A stretch of DNA of 64,000 nt from Eledone cirrhosa (lineage: Eukaryota). Within the stretch, counting starts at the first letter, position 1. Every line of letters begins with the position of its first letter. A model generated the notes under the pieces. It did not search any database. It worked only from the letters and a program-made list of their open reading frames with translations, and was not told the origin of the DNA. This document shows positions 39,571-52,325 of this stretch, one piece after another. The stretch covers positions 27,962,001 through 28,026,000 of the forward strand of contig OZ024755.1 of the NCBI GenBank assembly GCA_964016885.1, read 5' to 3'. Position numbers and translations under genes: made by a program.

Positions 39571-39766
39571 TTGCATCACCATTTTTGTTTGTTTACACTC
39601 GTGTCCCTTTATTTACGTGTCCCAACGACTTCTTTTAGCCGTGCTCGCACCAACCGGAGGTATATGGTCTTTAAAGCGATAAAATACCAATGATGGTTGG
39701 AAGGTCACTGATGAAGGACTAACTTTATTCATATGTAACCCATTAGCAACCCGGCAGCACGTTTAT

Positions 39767-39834
<68 letters not shown>

Positions 39835-39957
39835 GTATGGGATAACAAGTTATCGTTATAGGTAATCCATCGATTAGCTGCCTCTAGATTCACCTGATCA
39901 ATGAAACAATTGTTAATACCTGAAATAAAGCACCTTGTTGTACAGCCAACCATGTTA

Positions 39958-40305
<348 letters not shown>

Positions 40306-40327
40306 ATTATTATTACTATATATGTAT

Positions 40328-40960
40328 GGGTGGTGGATTGGCAGTGTCGGTAGAGGGTCGGACGCCATGCTTTGCAGCATAGAGTTACGGCTCTTTATGA
40401 TCTGAGCTCAAATCCGCCGAGGTTAACTTTGCCTTTCATCCTTATGGGGTCGATAAATAAAGTACCAGTCACGCCTTGGTGTCGATTTAATCGACTTTCC
40501 TCTCCCCCCAAATTACTGGCCTCGTGCCCATATAAGAAACCATTATTACTATATATAGGGCGGTGGATTTTGCAGTATCGGTAAGGGTCGGACGCCATGC
40601 TTTGAAGCATAGAGTTACCTCCCTTTATGATCTGAGTTCAAATCCCGCCGAGGTTGACTTTGCCTTTCATCCTTACGGGGTCGATAAAATAAAGTACCAG
40701 TAATGCACTGGGATAATTGATGGCCTTGTGCCAAAAGTAGAAACAATTATTACTATATATATAAACAGGTGGTGGATTGGCAGTATCGGTAGAGGTCGGA
40801 CGCCATGCTTTCCAGTATAGTTACGTCCCCTTTATGATCTGAGTTCAAATCCCGCCGTGGTTGACTTTGCCTTTCATCCTTACGGGGTCGATAAAATAAA
40901 GTACCAGTAATGCACTGGGTAATTGCTGGCCTTGTGCCTAACGTAGAAACAATTATTACT
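40328..40960 (+). mobile_element. SINE family 1, three tandem copies
   Basis: Each copy ends in ATTATTACTATATAT. Confidence 0.9.
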
Positions 40961-41330
40961 ATATATATATATATATATACATATACACTCTCCATTATTT
41001 TCCATATGTCGGCTCATTTTATTTTTCGCAAATAGTTTCACAAATTTGTAAGAATGATAGATTTAGGGCCTTGAATAATAATTTGCGTATTTAAAGATGT
41101 TCTTTCCAGCTAAAGCTTAGGTACAGGTCAGAACTAATAGTGGAGATCAATAAGTAAATATATTCTACATATGGTTAACCCATCTTGTTTCCAACTATTG
41201 TGCGACTTGGTGCCATGTCAAATCCTTTTGTAAGATGGTTTGATACAGATTTGTTATATGTCGAAAATTATTTTAATAATGTAACATTCGATCTCTTACT
41301 CAATGTCATCAGTTTATCTTCATCAATTCA

Positions 41331-41535
41331 CTCTTCAGCATATAAACTGGCCGTATCCGGCCATAATTCTCGCACCTCTTTCTGTTCAAACTGGCTTTAT
41401 TTGGGCACTCATACTGATGTTAAGGTATTGTTATTAAAATCTCATAATTCGATATTATGTGAGATAATTATGTAAGATAAAGCCTTTACCACAACAATAC
41501 AATAATATATATAGAGTAATATAAATGCTAAAGGG
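41331..41535 (+). mobile_element. piggyBac-type MITE, degraded copy
   Basis: Homologous to 42615-42835, ending TAAATGCTAAAGGG-TTAA. Confidence 0.7.
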
Positions 41536-42614
41536 TTAAAACAAATTTAACTAATACTTCATTGGTGAGTTATATCCTGCGACAATATCTGCTTCGGATG
41601 ACTTATTACAATGCATGATTGAGCTTTATTCTAAATTCTTCTGTGTATAAACTGATTAAAACCGAGTTAACCCTCTCTGGTAAAACGTCGACACAGGTAG
41701 AAACAGTGAGAGTATGTGAAACGTCAATACATATGAAATTATAATGAGAATGACCTATTTTGAGAAGTCATGTAAACTTAAATTTGTATCTTGTTTGCGA
41801 GAAACAAAATAGAAATATTAACCAGAGATGATAAAAGTACCTTCATATATTTTCGATGGAGTAATCAAAATATTGAAACAAAGAAACATATAGCATTTAT
41901 ATATTTAATGATTTTCTTTCAACATTATTTTTCTAATCTATTCTTATCGAAAATTTCCGTTCCTCATCTAACTTATAAATATTTGATACAGTGATGAATT
42001 GTCTATTAACAGCTAATCCCTGCTTTTGCATTATGGATGGGATTTTCCTTTCGTGGCATTACAAAGACTGGCCATTCTTCATTATGAACTAGTTTGTTTT
42101 CTAGAACAATAAACTTAACTTGGTAGGTTATATGAAATATGTTACTTTTAGTATTAACTTCTGATATTAATTTGAACCTTTAGATTTATTGGCATTGCGT
42201 ATATGATATACCAAGGCACATATTATGTTTGTGTTTCCTCAAGCCTATTTGATTGTTTATGATAATTACACATAAATCCGTATATGATTCAAGCTATGAC
42301 TTGTATTTTGTTTATTTAGCATTGCACCTTCCTTATCATAATAGTGGATGAGGCGAGGCTGCGCTCACCTCTCAAACGAAGGAGATACGCCAACAGTTTT
42401 TAGTTATATAGTTATTTTCACAATATTTATGTTTTAAATAAATAACTTCAGAATATCCATTAAAACATATGTTGCAGTGATAACGTAAGTAAATTTATTA
42501 TGTTTTTCCATATAATCGTTTCTTTATGTTTGCTAAAACATTATAATATACGTATTGTGCAAAATCTGATATAATCAACATAGTAACTCTGCTAAACCAT
42601 CATGTACGATTTAA

Positions 42615-42835
42615 CCCTTTAGCATTTAAACCGGCCATATGCGACCAGAATTTTCTCACCTCTTTCTATTCAAACCGGCTCTAGCCAACCGCTCATACTT
42701 ATGTCAAGGTATTGTTCTCAAAATAAATAATATCAAAATCTCTTAGATTCCATATTATGCGAGATAATTATGCGAGGTAAAGCCTTTACCAAGAAAATAC
42801 AATAGTATATATAGAGGAATATAAATGCGAAAGGG
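42615..42835 (+). mobile_element. piggyBac-type MITE
   Basis: TTAA-CCCTTTAGCATTTA...TAAATGCGAAAGGG-TTAA, giving a 14-bp TIR and a TTAA TSD. Confidence 0.85.
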
Positions 42836-43061
42836 TTAAACTGGATTTCATATTCAAGTTAACTAACTCGGCATATCAATCTAGAATATTTAGGAGTTAA
42901 CACTACGACATATCTTTCACCATTATCATAAGGAATATTATCAAATTCCTACCAAAATCTTTAATCAAATGGTTTATTCGTTTTAATTTGTAAATAGTGA
43001 GGTATCTGGATTCCAATCTTGCCCACTAACGAACTATAGATCTATAATTACAATCTATCAT

Positions 43062-43520
43062 TTGAAGGCTAAGATATTTGATACGTACATCCTACCAGTT
43101 GTGTTATATGGTCTTGACTGTGTTAATTGAACGACAAGGTCACTTCAGAAGTTCTCTACATTCCAGAACCACATCATGAGACTTATGACTGGCAAGCGGA
43201 TTAGCGACCGTATCTGTATCAGTGAGTTACTCAACATTACCAAATTTAGGCCAATTACATCAATTGCCAAGTCAAGAGTACTCAAACTATACGGTCATAT
43301 AATAAGATTAACTCGTGGTGTGAGTAGGTTATACCTGGAAGGAAGGTTGGCTGGTAAGAGAAGCAGATGCCAGCAGCCAAAAGGAAGGTTTGGTAATGTC
43401 AACTTATGGACTGGACTTGATCTTTGCTCTTTGAACTCTGCTGCTGGTGATCGAACTTCGTGGAGAAAATATCTCATGTTGATGCGCAGTCTGCAACTGG
43501 CGGAGTTTAGCGTCACAACA
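43062..43520 (+). mobile_element. RTE-clade LINE ORF2 C-terminal fragment
   Basis: LKAKIFDTYILPVVLYG...FQNHIMRLMTG...SRVLKLYGHIIR...LEGRLAGKRSR. Confidence 0.8.
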
Positions 43521-43827
43521 AGAAGGATGGAGTAATATCTCTTTATTAAACAGAAATAAAATAAACATATTTGAGAAGGATATTAATGATAATAGAAACG
43601 TTAACAAAACTGTATTGGGGATTAGTCATGATTTCCAGAAACAAGAACAAATAACATTGATGCTTAATTAGAACAGGATTATTAAAATATAACCAGTATA
43701 ATGTTCAGCTAGATGAGATGGCATGGTACTTCATGCGTCCGATGATGTTTTCCTTAATAGCAAGTTCTTCAGACTGGTTAAACGAGTCACCACTTTCCAG
43801 ATCATCTTTGTTCACTTCATTATTTAA

Positions 43828-44212
43828 CGGTGGATTGGCAGTATCGGTAGAGGGTCGGACGCCATGCTTTCCAGCATAGTTACGTCCCTTTACGATCTGA
43901 GTTCAAATCCCGCCGAGGTTGACTTTGCCTTTCATCCTTACGGGGTCGATAAAATAAAGTACCAGTAATGCACTGGGTAATTGCTGGCCTTGTGCCTAAA
44001 GTAAAAACAATTATTTAAAACAATGGATTGGCAATATTGCTAGAGCGTTAGACGCCATGCTTTGCGGTATAGACTTATAGCACTTTACGTTCTGATTTCA
44101 AAAAGCGCCGAGGTTAAGTTTGCCTTTCATCCTGACAGGGTCGATAAAATAAAGCACCAGTAATGCACTGGGATAATTGCTGGCTTTGTGCCAAAAAGAG
44201 AAACAATTATTT
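43828..44212 (+). mobile_element. SINE family 1, two tandem copies
   Basis: Two cores with ATTATTTAA at the boundaries. Confidence 0.88.
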
Positions 44213-44224
44213 AAACCCTCAGTG

Positions 44225-44480
44225 CCTGCTTCTCCTTGGCCTATGTGATGAATCTCTACAATTCCTACTTTAGACAGTTCATTCTGCGTTCTGACGTTTC
44301 TAGTCTGAGCAGTCAGCCTTTGAGGAAAGATTTCCCTCATCCCTCTCTCTAGGCACAATTTGTGCCAACCTTTCATGCATCCCTTTTACCGATAGATCAC
44401 TCCTAATATAACATTCCCATAATACCTTATTCTCAGCCCGAATACATATAGATTAGATTTTCCGATTCTACATTGTCTTT
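44225..44480 (-). pseudogene. R4/Dong-like RLE non-LTR retrotransposon N-terminal fragment
   Basis: ENKVLWECYIRSD...[frameshift]...HKLCLERGMREIFPQRLTAQTRNVRTQNELSKVGIVEI resembles the R4/Dong N-terminal motif (ECYxxS...QRLADQxRxI...LSxxELEEI). Confidence 0.55.
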
Positions 44481-45658
44481 TTGGTAACTTATTTACTCCA
44501 ACATCAGAAGTCTTGCCCTTTGCTCATGAGGTCGGGGGGATCGAACTGCTTAGCGTTTTTCCTGCACCATAATCCTTAATCCGTATTTATTATATTTCTC
44601 TATATTTTTGAAATGGTTAAAAAGATATTTTTTCATGTGGCTGGAGGATTTAGGTAATTTGCCATTTCTCGGTGTTTCAATTGGTCACATTATCAAGATA
44701 TTGGGGCCCCTGTCGTGGAATATTTATCTCTATTGTGAATATCTTGCAGAGAATTGAGCAGATCTATTGTAAAGATATTAATTCTGCAGCGAGGTTTGTT
44801 TTAGCCGTGATGTATCTTTACACCTTTGAGGAATGATTTCACTCTCGGACCAGCAATTAATCATCCAGTTGTGTGATCAATAGCATAGTATACTCATCCA
44901 ATTAACCTGGAAGTGGGAGGGTATTACACTGACACCTGTGTCATCAATGTAATTGCCTGAGAGAATGATTCCATTTGACAAGGCTAGCCACTTGAATCAC
45001 CGTTGGAATTACATGGATTACACTGAACTCAAATTATAAACACAACTCGGAATTAAATAGAAATACCTTATGCTCCATACTGATCATTTGATTTGTAAAT
45101 ATATAATTCACATTCAAACATAAGATTTCTTATTTTGGTGGTGGTGGTGGGGGCTATAGTTTCTATGGATGCATAGATATTGGAAGATGCGTGCAAATAT
45201 ATGATGACTAATTCTTGACATAACTAACGAGAATAAATATCGAACAGCCACCCAAAGTTACCTTACAAATTTTAATTATCTCAAATATTTGGGGGATTTA
45301 CCTTCCATTATCAACTGAATCCGGAGGGTGACCTCAGAAAACACTTAGGAAATGTCGTGGATGCTGATCGATTTAGAATAAATCGGACAGCCACCCACGA
45401 CATTTCATATGATTTTCTCTGAGGTCCCCATATGGACCCCTCTTCATAATGGAATGTAAATCCAAAAATTTGTAAGGTAAGGATTTTATCGTCCTCATTT
45501 TTTTTTCAACTCAGTTCTTTTTTCTCTGTTTTCTCAAACTCTTATTATTGTGGTGTGTTTACCACACACGCATTGTCGGGCTTCCAAATAACCAAATAAC
45601 CGTATTTCCTTGTATTTGTATCTCATATTCCACAATGCTTCAAGCAAACTACACCACT

Positions 45659-45702
<44 letters not shown>

Positions 45703-45850
45703 ATACTTTGGGAGGGTCATGTTGCCAATAAGAAACACACGCACCAGTTGTTTTCACTTCAATTTATTATAAATTAAATTTATAAATTTAGGAATTTATA
45801 AATTTCCGGTTGGTTGGTTGGTTCCACAACCAGACGATTGTTCATATATT

Positions 45851-45893
45851 GTCAAAGTTCTTTCGTCACACATTCTGTGACCTCTTCAGTGAC
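45851..45893 (-). ncRNA. Type I hammerhead in PLE pLTR (U1)
   Basis: Reverse complement reads GUCA CUGAAGA G GUCACA GAAUG UGUGAC GAAA GAAC UU UGAC. Confidence 0.85.
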
Positions 45894-46117
45894 TGGGGAT
45901 TCTTTTCTTTGTTTTTGTGTCTCTCCTTTGTTCTGTCCTACGCCATCTTGCTTTTGTGTGTGGTGTGTGCTTAGTTTGCGCACGTGTTACATCCGGGTGT
46001 CTGTGTGTGTTTATATTTGTTTGTTTATTTATTTGTTTATTTACATGTTACTGGTTGGTTGTTTGTTCTATGTGTGTGTGTGTTTTCATTTTGTCCTTAA
46101 TTGTAAGTTGTAATGTT

Positions 46118-46500
46118 GCTATTCCATTCATGCTTTCTATTTAATTTTGGTTGGAGTTCATTTATGTTTATTACCTCTGTGATTTGTCTAAACATTGCGT
46201 CTTTTCTGTGTGTAGATTCTATTTTTATTTCTATGTTCTCTAATTTACCCTAATGTTCTGTTTTAGCAGGTTGGTAGAGTACAGATGATTCTTTACTATC
46301 TTGAAGGTCTCGCCAGTGTTCATTTATCCGTTCCCCCTATACTACGAGCTGTCTCACCTATGTACACTATATTCTTATCTCTTCATTGTCCTTCAGTACA
46401 TCTTATGCTATATACTACATTTCTAGTTTTGCAGTTAATATGGGGGCTTAATTTACAGATTATACATTTCTTATCTATACAGGGAGGTCTGAGAATATCA
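46118..46500 (-). pseudogene. PLE GIY-YIG endonuclease (Naiad/Neptune-like), disrupted
   Basis: DILRPPCIDKKCIICKLSPHINCKTRNVVYSIRCTEGQ*RDKNIVYIGETARSIG/ERINEHWRD...SSVLYQ...EH*...KDAMFRQITEVININELQPKLNRKHEW, with a +1 frameshift at about 46335. It is absent from the ORF track. Confidence 0.88.
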
Positions 46501-46634
46501 GAATCATGCGCCATATCACCTGTGGAATAGGGTAAAAGATTTCAAGTGCTAAATCCGAGCATTTATATTAAATCAATATATATATATATTGTTATACTTG
46601 GGGAGAGTCATATCGTAATATTGCCAGAAATAAT

Positions 46635-46749
46635 AACTGTTTCTACTTTAGGCACAAGGCCAGCAATTACCCAGTGCATTACTGGTACTTTATTTTATCT
46701 ACCCCGTAAGGATGAAAGGCAAAGTCAACCTCGGCGGAATTTGAACTCA
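46635..46749 (-). mobile_element. SINE family 1, 5'-truncated, inserted in the PLE with a ~19-bp TSD
   Basis: TATTGCCAGAAATAATAAC on both sides. Confidence 0.88.
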
Positions 46750-46907
46750 TTTGAACTATTGCCAGAAATAATAACAGAACACACTCACTGTTTAGTTGGT
46801 TTTCGCCTCTGCATCTTTTATATCTCCATAGTTAATTTATTCGGCCACCAATGTTGTTTATCATTTACTGACCAACGATCAAAAATATAAATATATATAT
46901 AGTCTAA

Positions 46908-46945
46908 CAAAGTTCTTTCGTTGCACATCTGCAACATCATCAGTG
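46908..46945 (-). ncRNA. Type I hammerhead in PLE pLTR (U2)
   Basis: Reverse complement reads CA CUGAUGA U GUUGCA GAUG UGCAAC GAAA GAAC UU UG. Confidence 0.78.
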
Positions 46946-47160
46946 GTACTATTATCATGTTTTCCCTATTGTATTGTATTGTAATGTCTACGGCATTTTA
47001 TTTTCTGTTATTATTTCTGGCAATATTATTACAACAATATGACCCTCCACAAGTATAACAATATTTGTTTCGACACACAATTTCATATAAAAAACCTGGC
47101 AAAACAAATATATATATATCTGCATTGCTTTATTGTACTACAATAAAACTCACCTCCTAC

Positions 47161-47199
<39 letters not shown>

Positions 47200-47200
47200 G

Positions 47201-47510
47201 AAAACGAAGAATCAGTGATGCATCAGAACTCAATTTATTACGTATTACAATTGTCTTTCTTTGAGGATTTGCTTCGAAATCAATAGACGTATCTGAGGAA
47301 CTTGCGAATCCAGAGTCAGGTTTGATCCACAAACAGATCGCACCTCGAGCTGTTCGCCGGAGAAACAATTGTAATACGTAATAAATTGAGTTTCGATGCA
47401 TCACTGCTTCTTCGTTTTATCATACTCTGCTCCGTAGGAGCATAGAGTGCTCAACCGGTATACCGCCACCGGTATACCGCCTATGGACGCATCCTACCAA
47501 CCATACGACA
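47201..47510 (+). mobile_element. Family K foldback element
   Basis: Arms 47201-47254 and 47365-47418, tail to about 47510, between (TA)n and (CT)n tracts. Confidence 0.8.
47287..47379 (+). ncRNA. Type I hammerhead with 62-nt stem II domain (family K)
   Basis: ACGUAU CUGAGGA [47300-47361] GAAA CAAUUG UA AUACGU. Stem I is a perfect 6 bp and the triplet is GUA. Confidence 0.82.
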
Positions 47511-47650
47511 TATCTCTCTCTTTCTCTCTCTCTATCAATATCTCGTTCTCTCTCTCTCTCGCTCTCTCTCTCTCTCGCTCTCGCTCTCTCTCGCTCGCTC
47601 TCTCTCGCTCGCTCTCTCTCGCTCGCTCTCTCTCGCTCGCTCTCTCTCGC

Positions 47651-47690
<40 letters not shown>

Positions 47691-47909
47691 GCTCTCTCTC
47701 TCTATATATATAATGCATGTATATGAGTGTATATATATGTATATATATATGTTTGTGTGGGTATATATATGTATATATACATACGTATATAGAAATATAA
47801 TGTAGAGAGTAGAGAGGGATTTAATAAAAAAAAAATGACACTGCCACCACCACCATCATCGCAGCCACTTTATCTCTCTCTCTCACCCCCCCCCCCCCTC
47901 CCCCGCCTT

Positions 47910-47992
<83 letters not shown>

Positions 47993-48828
47993 ACATCACC
48001 TTTTCAGTGTAACACCCACAGTATGTACAATGTAGTTCTGATATAAGAAATATATAATTATACCAACATATGGTGATGTTTTCTTCATTTAGACTTTCAG
48101 ATATTATCGTCAAAATCATCACCCACACACACGTATATCCACACGCATCCACACACGCATCCACACACACACATCTCTGTGTATCTGCTTGATTGTGGTG
48201 TGTGTGTGTGTGTGTGTGTGTGTGTACATGCATGTATGTCTGTGAATGCTAATGTATAAGACAATATGCTACATTCTCCCACTGTCAGAAGCTATATATA
48301 TGACTTTGCAATTAGGAATATTCTTCGTTGTACGGATATGTATTCGTTGATTCTAACATGTCGTAGGACGTGTTAGACATACAAGAATATTTAATCAAAT
48401 GTAAACCATTTTCATATATTTCAGAAATACACGTATCTCAACTATTAAATGAAGAATGTCCTTCTATACACAGCATTCTTAAATATTAGTAGATATTCTT
48501 GTTGTCTGCTATATTTATTTTTATTCGAACTTTTATAGGTTTTCTTTCTGTCTCGATCTCAAACAACTAGTAACCGTCTGTATCGCCATTTTTAGTACGA
48601 AGACATTCTTGCTTAATTTCGACCTGTGTCTTTGAAAAAGAAAAGAGCAATTTAATATCACTAGGGCGCGGTTCACTTTACTTAAGTATACTAAAAATAT
48701 GCAGGTATCAAATATATAATTACTACTACACTCTGACGTTCACGTACACGTACAAGCGTGTGAATTCACGCATGCAAATATATATCTGTGTGTATGCACG
48801 AGCGTGAGCGCATGTATGTGTGTGCCTG

Positions 48829-48906
<78 letters not shown>

Positions 48907-48913
<7 letters not shown>

Positions 48914-49305
48914 GTTTGAATATGTGTTATAAGGCCAAAACAATGCAGGTATGGACATAGAAAAAAGAATGCAATAGTAAAAGAATTCGTCTTTCACCTT
49001 GAATTTATTTAAATGTCCTTAATTTTCGAGATAATATCTCTTCTTCGGAGGGAAATAAAGGTCTCAAACCAGCGTCTTAAATCTCTAGCCAAGACGCTGG
49101 TTTGAGACCTTTATTTCCCTCCGAAGAAGAGATATTATCTCGAAAATTAAGGACATTTAAATAAATTCAAGGTGAAAGACGAATTCTTTTACTATTGCAT
49201 TCTTTTTTCTATGTCCATACCTGCATTGTTTTGGCCTTATTACACATATTCAAACGTTTATACCGCATTACACAATGCTTCAAGTGAACTATAACCTCCT
49301 CCTTT

Positions 49306-49308
<3 letters not shown>
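48907..49308 (+). mobile_element. Family F foldback element (172-bp arms) with CCGAAGA-variant hammerhead at 49118-49152
   Basis: Arms 48907-49078 and 49091-49262 (1 mismatch), tail 49263-49308. The ribozyme reads CCU CCGAAGA A GAGAU AUU AUCUC GAAA AU UA AGG. Confidence 0.88.
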
Positions 49309-49355
<47 letters not shown>

Positions 49356-49488
49356 TATCGTATTTTTACTCCAATAATTTGTTGAGTGCTTTATATCAGT
49401 TATAAAAATATTTGCTTGTTGTATCCCAACAATTTAAATAGAACTTCTACATATATATATATATTAGAATTGGTGCTCTGAAATAGCG

Positions 49489-49730
49489 ATATATATATGA
49501 ATGTATACATAGTGTATTTTGCAATACACTGTATGCTAAATTTAAAGCATTTCGAAGACCTTACGCTATTGTTTTAGAGTAGTGACAGTCTCACTTACTT
49601 TAAATTTGCTGAAAATTTAAAGTAAGTGAGACTGTCACTACTCTAAAACAATAGCATAAGGTCTTCTAAATGCTTTTAATTAAGCATACAGTGTATTGCA
49701 AAATACACTATGTATACATTCATATATATA
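49489..49730. mobile_element. Family G foldback element (~118-bp arms, 5-nt loop)
   Basis: Arms 49489-49607 and 49613-49730 with a few mismatches, in a (TA)n context. Confidence 0.85.
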
Positions 49731-49792
49731 TATATATATGTATATGTATATATATGTATGTATATGTATGTATATATATATGTATATGTATA

Positions 49793-50133
49793 TATATATA
49801 TTGCAAAAGAAAAAATTTAGCCAGATTGAAGTATACTAATTATTATACTACAGTTTGTCCATATCGATTTAAAATAATAAATCAACGATGACGAACTGGA
49901 TTGTGGCAATACAGTTCGTCATCGTTGATTTATTATTTTAAATCGATATGGACAAACTGTAGTATAATAATTAGTATACTTCAATCTGGCTAAATTTTTT
50001 CTTTTGCAATATATATACAGATGTGTTGGTATCTGTGTTTCATCACATACATATTAATTTATACACTGCTCAGGGGGTATTTTCCTCCTTCGAGCTGATT
50101 CCATTGTAAAAGAATTCATTACCTTATTAATTA
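49793..50133 (+). mobile_element. Family H foldback element (~110-bp arms, 3-nt loop) plus tail
   Basis: Arms 49793-49903 and 49907-50017 (1 mismatch), tail 50018-50133. Confidence 0.85.
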
Positions 50134-50170
50134 TGTATATATATATGTATATATATATATATGTATATGT

Positions 50171-50239
<69 letters not shown>

Positions 50240-50242
50240 TAT

Positions 50243-50434
50243 AGTACGTTATTCCGGGTTGAATCGGAGGTAACCACAGTAAGTAAGGTACTCAATACAT
50301 TTCAGAGTATAAAAGTTTTAATATAGATGAGATTCTACAGGACTAGTACTGTTTCATTCTTTAGAAATCATCAGGAATCTCTGATGATTTCTAAAGAATG
50401 AAACAGTTCTAGTCCTGTAGAATCTCATCTATAT
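50243..50434 (-). mobile_element. Family E foldback element, copy 2
   Basis: Nearly identical to 33056-33253 but with a different axis and a shorter right arm. Confidence 0.87.
50329..50381 (-). ncRNA. Type I hammerhead with full stem III (family E)
   Basis: Reverse complement reads GAGAUUC CUGAUGA UUUC UAAA GAAU GAA ACAG UACUAGUC CUGU A GAAUCUC. Stem I is 7 bp, stem III 4 bp, and the triplet is GUA. Confidence 0.85.
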
Positions 50435-50437
50435 ATA

Positions 50438-50522
<85 letters not shown>

Positions 50523-50533
50523 GTATATATACG

Positions 50534-50566
<33 letters not shown>

Positions 50567-50577
50567 GTATATATATG

Positions 50578-50658
<81 letters not shown>

Positions 50659-50662
50659 ATGT

Positions 50663-50710
<48 letters not shown>

Positions 50711-50711
50711 G

Positions 50712-50743
<32 letters not shown>

Positions 50744-50792
50744 TATATGTATATGTATATATATGTATATATGTATATATATGTATATATGT

Positions 50793-50826
<34 letters not shown>

Positions 50827-51046
50827 GTATATATATGTATATGTATATATATATGTATATATATATGTATATATATATGTATGTATATGTATATATGTAT
50901 ATATATATGTATGTATATGTATATATGTATATGTATATATATATATGTATATATGTATATGTATATATATATATGTATATATGTATATGTATATATGTAT
51001 ATGTATATATATATATGTATATATGTATATGTATATATATATATGT

Positions 51047-51118
<72 letters not shown>

Positions 51119-51120
51119 GT

Positions 51121-51166
<46 letters not shown>

Positions 51167-51189
51167 GTATATGTATATATATATATATG

Positions 51190-51234
<45 letters not shown>

Positions 51235-51272
51235 ATGTATATATATATATATCTATATATATGTATATGTAT
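50435..51272. repeat. (TATATG)n-type microsatellite
   Basis: Read directly. Confidence 0.96.
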
Positions 51273-51369
51273 ATTCATAAACAAATCATCGATTAACTCC
51301 GTTGTATTTGTAATTTATGACTGTATGTCTCCAGATCCTTAGCTTTTGTCACAAGTAAAACACACACAG

Positions 51370-51415
<46 letters not shown>

Positions 51416-51769
51416 CTTTTCCCTGAGGTGGTCCTTGATAAGCTGATTGGACTCACAACAAACAGCGGAGGACGCGTTCCGCACCTGTCCGACAGACAAC
51501 CTTTTCCCCCACCCCGGAAAAAACCCCAGTTGATGGATGTGAATCCGAAATATATAGGGACTATTAAATCTCTCCCAAGGTAACTCTCTCTTGTGTTGTT
51601 ATTTTTATCCTTTATACTCTTCCCTTCATTCTACACATCTCACACATCCTATACACACCACGCATCTCAACGTACACCCACTTACATCTCTCTCTCCACC
51701 ACCGGATCTTGTTATCCGGAGATTTACCCATTTGCATTTTCGAGGCTTCCAAACGACTTAAAGATATTT

Positions 51770-52053
51770 ACATATATATACATATATATATATATATACA
51801 TATATATATACATATATATATACATATACATATACATATATATATACATATACATATATATATATACATATACATATATATATATACATATACATATATA
51901 TACATATACATATATATACATATATATACATATACATATACATATATATATACATATATATATACATATATATATACATATACATATATATATATATACA
52001 TATATATATACATATATATATACATATACATATATACATATACATATATACAG

Positions 52054-52101
<48 letters not shown>

Positions 52102-52325
52102 ATACATATATATATACATATATATATATACATATACATATATATATACATATATACATATATATATACATATATACATATACATATACATATATATATA
52201 TATACATATATATATATACATATATATATATACATATACATATATATATACATATATATATATATACATATACATATATATATACATATACATATATACA
52301 TATACATATATACATATATACATAT
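51770..52325. repeat. (CATATA)n-type microsatellite
   Basis: Read directly. Confidence 0.96.

Larger units (their letters stand above)
45695..47065 (-). mobile_element. Penelope-like element remnants: two related pLTR-bearing 3' ends, the second with an inverted terminal arm
   Basis: ATATTGTTATACTT..GGAG.GTCAT occurs at 45695 and 46586 and inverted at about 47005-47065. There are two hammerheads and a GIY-YIG remnant. Confidence 0.8.

Noticed and set aside
39708-39740. CTGATGAAGGAC half-core
   Set aside because: There is no GAAA half. At best it is a decayed ribozyme.
48907-50017. Interpreting the long hairpins as miRNA precursors or classical MITEs
   Set aside because: The one-sided tails, copy-specific axes in the multi-copy families, embedded hammerheads and absence of superfamily-type TIRs/TSDs fit PLE inverted ends better. 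Small-RNA production is not excluded.
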